From a virus (Duplodnaviria; Caudoviricetes): DNA of 64,000 bases. Below the pieces are notes generated by a model. The model was not told the origin of the DNA, searched no databases, and was given only the letters and a program-made list of their open reading frames with translations. The position numbers and the translations under genes are program-made. Positions 1 to 8,752 of this stretch are shown in pieces. Numbering within the stretch: position 1 is the first letter of the stretch; every line of letters begins with the position of its first letter. The stretch spans positions 128,001 to 192,000 of the IMG/VR virus record IMGVR_UViG_3300034053_000029. The stretch is one strand, 5' to 3'.

Positions 1-1
1 A

Positions 2-862
2 TTTATACCCACACTTACTTGCCTGTTGTGTCTTGTCAAGATGATATGATCTACCTTTACCTGCAATTTCTGAATGAGAATATACGCCGTTATATTCAAA
101 ACAAATCTTCAGTTCATCACACACAATGTCAATCTCTTGACCTTTAAGGATTGATCGATTTGAGTGTGTGGTTGATACTCCAAGACTTTGAATGAACTCT
201 TCAAGTTCGATCTCTTGTGCAGACCTTTTCTTTATTGATCTTTCATATTCATTTGGAGATTTTGATTCGATACCATGATCTTTCATCTGTAATGAAACTG
301 TTGCTTTAGATGATCCAATCTCGTCTGCAATCTCTTGCATAGTCTTACCATCATTATACAATTGGGATAATAATTCTTTATTATTTAATTTCAATTGAAC
401 CGAATATTCGGATTCATTAAAACGAACTTCTGGAAGTCCCATCTTAATACAAGCACGTTTTACTGCAATGTGAGATATACCTAAGAGACTGGCGATGTTA
501 TCATATGATAAACGATCTTGAATTCTCTTTTCCTTGAGCCAGTCACCTTGTAATTTTTCCTTAACGTCATCCGACAAATGTCCATGTTTTCTAGAACACG
601 ACGGCGAACAAAATGATTTAAATTCATCATGATAACTTACATTCGCACCACAACATTTACATTTAGGGAATGTGTGTTCTGTTATCCCATTAAGGATAGC
701 CAAACACCTGATACGAAGCGATGGTTGAATTGTAAATGAGTCGAACCATTTAGTTGCATCCAATATTTTATTTTTATCTTCACTTAGAGATAACTTAATC
801 ATTTTGGATTTGTCATTTACAGCTTCCGATAATAGTATCACATCGTCTGAATACATATACAT
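2..862 (-). CDS. Free-standing homing endonuclease, Hef/PD-(D/E)XK (DUF559-like) type with Zn-binding module and two HTH repeats; 3' end runs off the window
   Basis: Not in the ORF track; translated by hand from ATG at 862 and open to position 2. Contains PKCKCCG...FCSPSCS, LSYDNIASLLGIS, KTMQEIADEIGSSKATVS and EIDIVCDELKICFEYNGVYSH...YHLDKT. Preceded by CATAAATA. Confidence 0.75.
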   Translation of the reverse strand, partial: MYMYSDDVILLSEAVNDKSKMIKLSLSEDKNKILDATKWFDSFTIQPSLRIRCLAILNGITEHTFPKCKCCGANVSYHDEFKSFCSPSCSRKHGHLSDDVKEKLQGDWLKEKRIQDRLSYDNIASLLGISHIAVKRACIKMGLPEVRFNESEYSVQLKLNNKELLSQLYNDGKTMQEIADEIGSSKATVSLQMKDHGIESKSPNEYERSIKKRSAQEIELEEFIQSLGVSTTHSNRSILKGQEIDIVCDELKICFEYNGVYSHSEIAGKGRSYHLDKTQQASKCGYK

Positions 863-884
863 CCTATCTTGGGTTGGTATGATG

Positions 885-892
885 TATTTATG
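885..892 (-). promoter_or_regulatory. T4-type late promoter CATAAATA
   Basis: One-mismatch match to TATAAATA, 23 nt upstream of the ATG at 862. Confidence 0.65.
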
Positions 893-924
893 ATATCATG
901 AAATTCACTATTATTCGAGGTAAT

Positions 925-950
925 AAAAAAGGGAGCCGAAGCTCCCTTTT
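925..950 (-). terminator. Rho-independent terminator after gp23
   Basis: Minus strand reads AAAAGGGAGC-TTCG-GCTCCCTTTTTT: GC stem, cUUCGg tetraloop and U tract. Confidence 0.92.
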
Positions 951-967
951 CTTGATTCCTAACTTGA

Positions 968-2278
968 TTAGCTTAGGTTTGCGATCTTCATAATGCGGAA
1001 GTAGGTGTTGGTGTTATCAGCAAGTGTATCACTGATTGCACCAGTAGTACCAACCTTAGCCATTGGATGACCTGCAATTGCGTAACGAGTCTTGAACCCA
1101 ATCTTTGGTTGGAACGTGGTTGGATCAACAGCACGAAGCAACTGAAGTGGAACGTATGGGCAATAGAAAGCACCTGCATCAAATGGGCTAGTACCACGAT
1201 AACCAACTACACAGAACTGATTTGCATTGTCGCCATTTGACATGTATGGATCAACATACACTTTATACTTGCCATTCAAAGTACCTGCGAATGTGGTGCT
1301 TGTGTCATCAACATTAAGATTTGCTTGGATAGCAGTCTTATAGTCAAGAACACCTGCCATTGCTAGAGCAGAAGCTACGTCTGCAGAAACAATGATGAAG
1401 TTACCACGACCACGACGAGTTTGCTGACCGATTAGGTTAGCTTCACGCTCGATCTGGAACATCAAACCTTTGAAACGCTCAACTGACCAACGACCATTTG
1501 CATCAACGTCAAGGTCGAAAGTACCAGCAGTAGTACAGTTTTGTGCGCCAAGAACAGCAGCATTGTAAACGGTACGAACAACTTCACGATTGATTTCAGC
1601 AGTGATTTCTGAAGAGAGAATGTTGCTCAACTCAGCTTCTGCATCAAGACCATGAACTGCTTTAAGGTCTTGCTGAAGTTCGATGGTGTAACCTGCCTTC
1701 AATGCACGGGAACCGGCAGTAACAGTCATCTTCTCGATTGAGAAGCTCATCTCGGCTGGGTCTTTAATTTCAGCAGCACCTGCAGTAGTTGAACCAGATA
1801 CGAATGCAGACTTCACTGATGTCATGTGAGTGCCAGTATTATCACCTGCACGAACTGTAAATGGATTTGTTCCTGACTGAGTACCTGTACCAGAGTAATC
1901 GGTATCAGCTTCGTTGAACAATGCCTCTTCACGAGTCAATGGGCTATTTGTACCATCATCACCACCGTAACGGGTCTTCATTGCGAAGATAAGACCAGAT
2001 GGGCCTGACATTGGCTGAACACCAAGAATGTCATATGCCATAAGTTGTGGCATTGAACGACGAACTAGACCAATAAGAATTGGATCATAGTTAGCTACGT
2101 TACCTGCAAAGTTACCTGCCTCTTGAAGCATGGTACGCTCTTCACGAAGTGAACGCTCTTGATTCTCAAGCATTACGGAAAGGGTACGACGCTTGTGGAA
2201 GGTGTCGATCTTTGGAAGATCAGGATGATCAAGGACTGGTGTCCATTTTTCCAACAGTTGATTTTCATTTAATTGCAT
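968..2278 (-). CDS. gp23: Major capsid protein
   Basis: LLEKWTPVL, YDPILIGLVRR.MPQL.AYDI.GVQPMSGP, SFSIEK.TVTAGSRALKA, ERFKGL.FQIEREAN, FYCPYVPL, FQPKIGFKTRY. Confidence 0.98.
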   Translation of the reverse strand: MQLNENQLLEKWTPVLDHPDLPKIDTFHKRRTLSVMLENQERSLREERTMLQEAGNFAGNVANYDPILIGLVRRSMPQLMAYDILGVQPMSGPSGLIFAMKTRYGGDDGTNSPLTREEALFNEADTDYSGTGTQSGTNPFTVRAGDNTGTHMTSVKSAFVSGSTTAGAAEIKDPAEMSFSIEKMTVTAGSRALKAGYTIELQQDLKAVHGLDAEAELSNILSSEITAEINREVVRTVYNAAVLGAQNCTTAGTFDLDVDANGRWSVERFKGLMFQIEREANLIGQQTRRGRGNFIIVSADVASALAMAGVLDYKTAIQANLNVDDTSTTFAGTLNGKYKVYVDPYMSNGDNANQFCVVGYRGTSPFDAGAFYCPYVPLQLLRAVDPTTFQPKIGFKTRYAIAGHPMAKVGTTGAISDTLADNTNTYFRIMKIANLS

Positions 2279-2311
2279 TTGTGTTACTCCTTTTTATTGA
2301 TATTGAATTGT

Positions 2312-3553
2312 TTACTTTGAAAACTTCAGAGGACCACCAAGGGCTTGAACATATTTCGAGATATTATCTTCAACTTCTTCTGTGATAACTTCTGTATAGG
2401 TAGTTGGCTTCAAATCTTGTGTTGCTGCCTCTTTACCATCCTTGAAATATGATTCCTTGATTGTCTTTACTTTTTGCTCAAATTCCTCATCGGAACTATA
2501 CTCTAGACCTTCGCATAAAGATACAAACTTATCCTTTTGCATCAACGTCATACCCTTAGCAACTGATTCGACAACTGCTTGTTTCTTTAGGTTGTCATTC
2601 TCTTCGCATAAACGATCATGATCGCCGTTAATAACTAGAATAGCTTCCTCTAGTTCAGCAATACGGTTAGCTTGTTCTTCAACGACATCTAGCTTGTCTT
2701 CTGGCACTTCAACGTAGTTCTCTTTGAAAAGAGTCTTCAATCCATCAATAAAATTAGTAACCATCTCTACTTTGATACCACTTTCTAATGCAATTTGATT
2801 ATCACCAACCCACTGCTCAACTGCGTAGTTGAGGAATCCATCAATATTTTCGATAAGATCATTTTGCACTTCTTCAACTGCTTCACTGAGGGATGCCTCA
2901 ATGCGTGTTGTTTCTTCTTCTAATTTAAGTTGATACTGCTCTTCAAGTTCAACCATCTTTTGCTCAACGATTTGATTGACAGCAGATTCAAAAATTGTTG
3001 CGGCCTTTGACTGGAACTCTTCTGAAAGTTCTTCGCCTTGGAAGAGAGCATTCATTGACTCACCAACGGTAATTTTGAAAGGCTTAGTTGGGAGAGACTG
3101 ATCATCAACGGCATTTACTTTATTGTCATCATTCTGTGATGCAGACTGACCCTTAACGCCTTCGCCGTCTTTGCGTGACTGACCAACTGTTAGCTTAGAA
3201 TTCTTTGGGTCTTTGCCGCCTGATCCTGATGGTGGTGCAGCCAATTTAGTTCCCATTGACTTATCTCCTTGACCTTGACCTTTTTTCAACATTTCGTTTG
3301 ATGCCTCTTCATTGACTTTCTTTGGATTCTGCTTTGAGAAGTCAGTAGTTTCGTCATCATCTTCTTTGTCCTCATCCTTGTCACCATCTTGATCATCTGT
3401 ATCTACATCTTGATCTTTGGTGTCATCGGATTTATCATCTTCCTTGTCTTCATCTTTATCGTCTTCGTCAGTAGTAATGACATTACCATTCTTTGTGGTA
3501 ATGGTTTCCTTACCTTCCATCAACTGTCTAATTCTTTCTTCTAACGTACTCAT
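2312..3553 (-). CDS. gp22: Prohead core scaffolding protein with long acidic N-terminal extension
   Basis: ELSEEFQSKAATIFESAV, IDGFLNYAVEQW..DN.IALE.GIK.EM, KVKTIKESYF; lies between gp21 and gp23. Confidence 0.92.
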   Translation of the reverse strand: MSTLEERIRQLMEGKETITTKNGNVITTDEDDKDEDKEDDKSDDTKDQDVDTDDQDGDKDEDKEDDDETTDFSKQNPKKVNEEASNEMLKKGQGQGDKSMGTKLAAPPSGSGGKDPKNSKLTVGQSRKDGEGVKGQSASQNDDNKVNAVDDQSLPTKPFKITVGESMNALFQGEELSEEFQSKAATIFESAVNQIVEQKMVELEEQYQLKLEEETTRIEASLSEAVEEVQNDLIENIDGFLNYAVEQWVGDNQIALESGIKVEMVTNFIDGLKTLFKENYVEVPEDKLDVVEEQANRIAELEEAILVINGDHDRLCEENDNLKKQAVVESVAKGMTLMQKDKFVSLCEGLEYSSDEEFEQKVKTIKESYFKDGKEAATQDLKPTTYTEVITEEVEDNISKYVQALGGPLKFSK

Positions 3554-4125
3554 ATTGACTTTCTCCTATTTTGTGCCAATCTTCTTGCTTCACTCCAAGG
3601 TTTTCCTTTATGTGCCCAAGGAACTCCGCTTTCTGACCTTCTTCTAACACCAATTTTACAATTTTCTTTTTGGGATGCTGCTTGTTCTGAATTCATATAT
3701 TTTGTTATCTTTTCTACAAATTCTTTAGGTTTCGGTTTATCTTTATATTGCAGAGACTTTTTAATCTTTTGTTCTTCTGACCATACTCGACCAACTTGCC
3801 CTTTCTTTCCCCAAAAAGTATCTTTTGCAGTATCTGGATCAACAAAATTACCATTCATATTTAATTCATCATCAATATGTTCACGAATCATAAGTTGTTC
3901 ATACCAAAACACTACATCCTCATCACCATATTCCATCAATATTTTGTACTCATAATTATTTATATTAGATTTAATATCTTCTTTCAATTTTCCAGAAGTA
4001 AAATACTTAATAAACAAATCTTCTTCTGCAGACAATTTCAATCCAACATTAGCTTTTCTACTTCCAATATAATACTCATCAGTTACTTTGTTTTTGACCA
4101 TATACACATATGGTAAAATTTCCAT
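3550..4125 (-). CDS. GIY-YIG (Seg-like) homing endonuclease
   Basis: PYVYMVKNKVTDEYYIGSR...YFTS...EQLMI...N; basic C-terminal tail; has its own late promoter. Confidence 0.85.
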   Translation of the reverse strand: MEILPYVYMVKNKVTDEYYIGSRKANVGLKLSAEEDLFIKYFTSGKLKEDIKSNINNYEYKILMEYGDEDVVFWYEQLMIREHIDDELNMNGNFVDPDTAKDTFWGKKGQVGRVWSEEQKIKKSLQYKDKPKPKEFVEKITKYMNSEQAASQKENCKIGVRRRSESGVPWAHKGKPWSEARRLAQNRRKSI

Positions 4126-4153
4126 TTGTGCAACTCCTTAATTGTATTGATAT

Positions 4154-4161
4154 TATTTATG
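4154..4161 (-). promoter_or_regulatory. Late promoter CATAAATA
   Basis: Intergenic, followed by an AAGGAG RBS and the ATG at 4125. Confidence 0.7.
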
Positions 4162-4207
4162 AAAATTAAATTTTCACTATTTTTACTGCTCACGGTGTCC
4201 ATAAATT

Positions 4208-4849
4208 TTAACCTTTGAACGCTTCCATTAAGCGTTTAAATTCTTTTAATGCTTTACCTTCATCAATTTTCTTCTTAGCAACATCGACTGCTAACTGTTG
4301 AATAGTTCCGTCTGCAAGCATCTCATATTCGATATTTTCCATCATTGCCATCGGCATACAACCGTGCCCGGAAGGGTCTGACACAATATCTATTGCATTT
4401 AAGACGAAATCTGAACCAACAAATCGCTTACCATTTCTTTCTATCAATGACCCTAATCCACGAGTAGAAACCCCAAGTTGCACACCTTCTTCGATCAGTG
4501 CCTTTGCAATAGCTCCCATAGGAGTTGACTCGATAATTCTTGCTCTACCAAATACTCCATTCTTAGACTCATCAATTTTTAGTCTTTCGATAATATGAGA
4601 AACTCTTTCAAGGTTTACTGTTGGATTTGCTGGGTGTCCAAGTTCTGATAAAGCCCTCTTTTGTGAGATGTAATCTTCATCATATCTCTTCAGTGCAGGT
4701 GCCCATACAGTAGATTCGTATGTTCGTCCATTTTTAACTTCTTCATTTACACATGCAAATTTACCTTCAAGATATATTTTCTTTCCTGTGGCAGTATTCT
4801 CTGTCAATACCTCAACGTCTTGAATAGCTTGTTCAACTAGTAATTTCAT
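4208..4849 (-). CDS. gp21: Prohead protease (start reassigned to MKLLVEQ at 4849)
   Basis: IYLEGKF, KNGRTY, RALSELGHP, LGVSTRGLGS, DIVSDPS. The track start at 4912 overlaps the upstream gene. Confidence 0.94.
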   Translation of the reverse strand: MKLLVEQAIQDVEVLTENTATGKKIYLEGKFACVNEEVKNGRTYESTVWAPALKRYDEDYISQKRALSELGHPANPTVNLERVSHIIERLKIDESKNGVFGRARIIESTPMGAIAKALIEEGVQLGVSTRGLGSLIERNGKRFVGSDFVLNAIDIVSDPSGHGCMPMAMMENIEYEMLADGTIQQLAVDVAKKKIDEGKALKEFKRLMEAFKG

Positions 4850-4850
4850 G

Positions 4851-5411
4851 TTAGCACCCCGATTTATATGCTTTGATTGTATTTGCGCCACCTGCTGCAA
4901 CGGTAATGGCACCAGAAAACACTAACCTACCGTAAACATATGGTTTGGTTACTGCAACCTCACCCATAGCACCTGCAGTTAGTGATGCAATAGCAGAGCC
5001 AATGTCAATCCAATGAATTCCATCCAATGAACCTTGTAGCTTAACTCCAGTTGATGCTAGTGCTGCTGTTCCATTTGAAACCACATGAACTAATCCATTA
5101 ATGGTATCGACATAACTAAATGTGAATACGTCTGAGTTTCCAGTAAAGCCTGTACCATAATTTTCAACTTCAAGGAATTCAGGAAATTTTACATATGGGT
5201 CTGTAGAAGAAAACACTACGGTAGAACCAGTAGTTCCTGCAGCAGTCGTTACGTTGTATTGAATGCCGCTTACTGGATCGGTAAACTTAATCGCATCTGT
5301 TGCAGCTAAAAGATTATGCGCTGCAGATGTTGTGATCGTCCATGTACTTGCACCACTACTAAAAGTCGGAGCAGAGATTGTAAGTTTTCGTTTAATTTGG
5401 GTTAGTTTCAT
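4851..5411 (-). CDS. Hypothetical Thr/Gly/Ala-rich beta-structured protein, possibly a virion/capsid accessory protein
   Basis: 186-aa ORF with RBS, ATGA-coupled to the upstream small gene; occupies the gp68 position. Confidence 0.65.
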   Translation of the reverse strand: MKLTQIKRKLTISAPTFSSGASTWTITTSAAHNLLAATDAIKFTDPVSGIQYNVTTAAGTTGSTVVFSSTDPYVKFPEFLEVENYGTGFTGNSDVFTFSYVDTINGLVHVVSNGTAALASTGVKLQGSLDGIHWIDIGSAIASLTAGAMGEVAVTKPYVYGRLVFSGAITVAAGGANTIKAYKSGC

Positions 5412-5578
5412 GCTAAATCCTTACTTTCCTGTTGATTAAACATAGTGTGCCCGACATCTTGCTTGAAAGAATCTAATCTCTCAGCAACCTTTTGTGAGAA
5501 GATGCGGTTCAACGATTCTGTTGCTGAGTCTTTATCGCCACTAACCAATTGACTTACCATATTTTCGATATCTGACAT
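5408..5578 (-). CDS. Small prohead core protein, gp67-like
   Basis: Not in the track; hand translation is MSDIENMVSQLVSGDKDSATESLNRIFSQKVAERLDSFKQDVGHTMFNQQESKDLA*. GGAG RBS; directly after gp20; helical K.V.ERL..K..V pattern. Confidence 0.65.
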   Translation of the reverse strand: MSDIENMVSQLVSGDKDSATESLNRIFSQKVAERLDSFKQDVGHTMFNQQESKDLA

Positions 5579-5590
5579 TTTTATCTCCGT

Positions 5591-7252
5591 TTACATTCCA
5601 TATGGGTCTTGTTGTTGACCCTGTTGTGGTTGCCCAAATTGACCTTGAGGCTGACCTCCCATAGCATTTGGATCACCACCCATACCACCCATCATACTTG
5701 GGTCCATACCAGGTGGCATCCCAGGAATTGTTGGTTGTGCTGTTGGATCACCCTTTTCTCCATCAATCTGACTTTCCATTTCTTCAATTTGCTCATCTGT
5801 CATAAACAGAATATTCTTTTGAACCCATTCTTTACTGAAATATTTACCCAAGTACTGATCAGCTTGTTGTAATGACATTAGCCTATTTTGAAGAAGTTCA
5901 AGACTCTTTAATTCGGCAAAGGCATTATCTGATTGGAATTCAAATGTGATATCTTGACGTAGTTCTTCCCACTCAATATCGTTACAAATTCCCTTTAGAA
6001 GTAACTGAGTTTTAAGGGTATCAACAAATAATTTGCTAAACTTACGTCTTTGTTTTTGAATGAATTTTTGGAATTTCAGTTCGTCTCTAGATATCTCGGT
6101 CGATCTACCAAGGGAAAATCCTTCCTCACCTTGAAGTCTTGAAACAGGTATATTCAGAGCTTGATACACCTTCTCTTTGAAGTATGTTGTATCGGTAATT
6201 TGATCTAGATTTTGTGCACCAGGCAACGTGGATATCTCAGTACCTTTTCCACCGTCTCTTCTTGGCAACCAGAAATCTTCTAGCATACTCATGTATTTTT
6301 TGTCATCACGAATCGATCCAGTAGCTGAATCATATACCATCTTATTACGGTACTGGTTCATGATGTCTTTTACATATTGTTCTGCCTTAGCTTTAGGTAA
6401 TGCACCAACATCAATATAGAATATTCTACGTTCTGGTGCACGAGCAATACGGGTTACTACCATTGCATCTTCCATCATGCGTAGCTGATTGATAGGACGA
6501 ATGGCTTTTTGTAGGTTGCTAATGACGGTGTATCCATTGACATCAGTTATGCCAGATGGAACGAAGATGATAGCATCAGAACTTATCTTAACACCAGTTG
6601 TGTTAGATAATTGGCCTGACATTTTTTGCTGTTGATTATTACTTACGAATCCTTGTTCACTATAAACGAAGTACTCGGTAATCTTACCTATAGAATCAAC
6701 GCCAGATGGGGTCTTCACTTTTTCGACTTCTCTGACTTTTCGTATCTTTAATGCGTCAATTGGTCTAAGTTCAACTATACCATCTGATAAGTTTGATTTG
6801 TCAACGATGACTTGGTATACCAATCTTCCATCAATATACCATTGACGAAATATATCTGATGACATATTTCCAAAGTTAAGCATATCTAAAACATGCTTAA
6901 ATTCTTCATTTATTGCTTCTTTCAATTCATCTGAACAAGCAGTATCCTCATTGAATATTAAATCAACTTGATTACTTGAAACGTCGGACTCATGAGGGAT
7001 AGCTTCATTAACAATGTCCTGAATTGCGATATCGATTTCAGGATATTGTGCGATCTGTCTATATGTTTGTATTGCATTAAACTCTGATGATGCGGAACCA
7101 CTTGAATCCAAATACACACCATAATAAAGCGAACCAAGTGAAGGGGCAGTATCTTGTGCCCCTTCATCATTGATTGGTGGTGTTAGTGCGGCTGAGAGAT
7201 CATTTGCTTTTTTTAGCTTGGTGATCTCTAGCCCAAATAGACTAATACTCAT
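5591..7252 (-). CDS. gp20: Portal vertex protein
   Basis: YRQIAQYPEID.AI.DIVNE, FRQWYIDGR, QLRMMEDA.V..RI.RAPERRIFYIDVG.LPK.KAEQY, EDFWLPRRDGGKGTEISTLPG. Confidence 0.98.
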   Translation of the reverse strand: MSISLFGLEITKLKKANDLSAALTPPINDEGAQDTAPSLGSLYYGVYLDSSGSASSEFNAIQTYRQIAQYPEIDIAIQDIVNEAIPHESDVSSNQVDLIFNEDTACSDELKEAINEEFKHVLDMLNFGNMSSDIFRQWYIDGRLVYQVIVDKSNLSDGIVELRPIDALKIRKVREVEKVKTPSGVDSIGKITEYFVYSEQGFVSNNQQQKMSGQLSNTTGVKISSDAIIFVPSGITDVNGYTVISNLQKAIRPINQLRMMEDAMVVTRIARAPERRIFYIDVGALPKAKAEQYVKDIMNQYRNKMVYDSATGSIRDDKKYMSMLEDFWLPRRDGGKGTEISTLPGAQNLDQITDTTYFKEKVYQALNIPVSRLQGEEGFSLGRSTEISRDELKFQKFIQKQRRKFSKLFVDTLKTQLLLKGICNDIEWEELRQDITFEFQSDNAFAELKSLELLQNRLMSLQQADQYLGKYFSKEWVQKNILFMTDEQIEEMESQIDGEKGDPTAQPTIPGMPPGMDPSMMGGMGGDPNAMGGQPQGQFGQPQQGQQQDPYGM

Positions 7253-7279
7253 AACGAATAAATCCTCAAATTGATCAAA

Positions 7280-7867
7280 TTATATTGTTGCGCCAATACT
7301 TCCGAATGGAGTATTGATACCAACCGAACCACCAACCGAACCAGATGATGTTTCTGTAGTCCAATGGGTGTATACGAATTGAACTGGGAATGACTCAAGT
7401 TGAGTATTTGCGCCGAAGTCCAATTGGATTTCACCAATATTGGTAGGCCAAGCATCATAGATCGTGTAAGTCTTGATGGTAGCATTGTTACGATCAAGTT
7501 GCTTAACGGTAAGTTGTGATGTGTATAGCATTGGGTTTGTAACACCAGTGTTTTCTTTAACATCATTAATCTTACCCATCCAGTTCTCAAATGCATCACG
7601 AATGGAGAAGTCTGTATCGTTATACACGTTGATGCTCCATGGGTTGAATGTTCTCTCACCTGCTAGTGGAACTTCACGACCACGGTAATTTGCCATTGCA
7701 ATACCTAGTTGTGATCCAGGTAATGTAGTACTAAAGCATAAAAATTGTGCTTTGCGAGCAACATCACCAGTTCCTGTTACGATTGCAGGGAAGGAAAGTT
7801 CTACACGGAACTGATTCGGCCTCGCACCCCCACCTGTGAAATTGGCCTTAAAGTCGAGTATTGACAT
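7280..7867 (-). CDS. gp19: Tail tube protein
   Basis: GGGARPNQFRV, YRGREV.LAG.RTF.PW, V.QLDRN, Y...DAWPTNIGEI.LD. Confidence 0.95.
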   Translation of the reverse strand: MSILDFKANFTGGGARPNQFRVELSFPAIVTGTGDVARKAQFLCFSTTLPGSQLGIAMANYRGREVPLAGERTFNPWSINVYNDTDFSIRDAFENWMGKINDVKENTGVTNPMLYTSQLTVKQLDRNNATIKTYTIYDAWPTNIGEIQLDFGANTQLESFPVQFVYTHWTTETSSGSVGGSVGINTPFGSIGATI

Positions 7868-7870
7868 TTA

Positions 7871-8752
7871 TTAAACTCCTTCTTCTAAATTATTGTTATA
7901 TTTATGATTAATCATTGAGTCGATCTCAATTGAACACAGTAATTCACCAAAAGTGATGCTGTTATCCGTCCACTTACTTCTATTACTTATAGCCTTGATT
8001 AATTCTAGATTTTGAATTGATCCAATTAGTAATGGATTTATTTTATTTGAATATCCATATAAGCAAGAAATTTTATGATCAACATGTAGTCCGTTAATTG
8101 ATCTACCTTCAGTAATGAAAGATGAATCTCTACGAATGTATTTTCTTGTATATGAATAAACCAAACGGCGATATTGGTGAAAAGATTTCTTATCATAATC
8201 AAAATCAACTGGCACAATTTTATTTTTATTGAATATTGTCTTTATTCGCTTTTCCTGTACTTCTTCTGAAGACATTGAATTCTTATGCTTTTCTTTTACA
8301 GAATCAACCATCATTGGATTTGATACTCCACGATTTTTGATCATTGACTCTCTCGATTTTTTGTACGCATTTTTTGCATTATCTTTTTGAGCTTGTTTTG
8401 GTGTCGATTGTAGATTGCAAGAATGTCCGAATTTTTCAAAATTTGTTGATTTTGTTTTATTTCTAACATCATCATTATTCGAAGAGCATTGAATACTACA
8501 AAAATCAGCATATTTAGAAAGTGCTGCATGATATTTTGTTGATGATCCACACATTGTACATGTTGGTTTAGATTTTATTCCTAATAATAACGCACGAACT
8601 CTAACCGAAAGTTTTTCTTGCGTATCAAGAAAAGAAGTTGAACTAATAACCAAATCTCTCAGATCATTTGATATTTTTCTTTCAATCCACGGACTGATCT
8701 TATTATTCATATTGATCAGTCCGTTAGATTTTAGTGTATCCAACAAATTCAT
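7871..8752 (-). CDS. HNH-type homing endonuclease with N-terminal Zn module
   Basis: PTCTMCG...FCSIQCS; KYG/RGVSNP-type repeats; LHVDHKIS...IQNLELI...N.SK HNH core. Confidence 0.75.
   Translation of the reverse strand: MNLLDTLKSNGLINMNNKISPWIERKISNDLRDLVISSTSFLDTQEKLSVRVRALLLGIKSKPTCTMCGSSTKYHAALSKYADFCSIQCSSNNDDVRNKTKSTNFEKFGHSCNLQSTPKQAQKDNAKNAYKKSRESMIKNRGVSNPMMVDSVKEKHKNSMSSEEVQEKRIKTIFNKNKIVPVDFDYDKKSFHQYRRLVYSYTRKYIRRDSSFITEGRSINGLHVDHKISCLYGYSNKINPLLIGSIQNLELIKAISNRSKWTDNSITFGELLCSIEIDSMINHKYNNNLEEGV
7899..7906 (-). promoter_or_regulatory. Late promoter CATAAATA for gp19, inside the 3' end of the HNH gene
   Basis: Encoded by codons CAT AAA TAT; followed by a GAAGGAG RBS and the gp19 ATG. 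Confidence 0.6.

Noticed and set aside
863-967. Absence of gp24 after gp23, and of baseplate genes
   Set aside because: They may lie outside the window; absence cannot be concluded from this segment
4850-4912. Track 5' extensions of gp21 and of the ORFs at 12051, 37238, 38967, 44144, 44714 and 47767
   Set aside because: They overlap upstream genes or structured leaders. Downstream starts have RBSs, ATGA/TAATG/TTGA coupling or a promoter in front.
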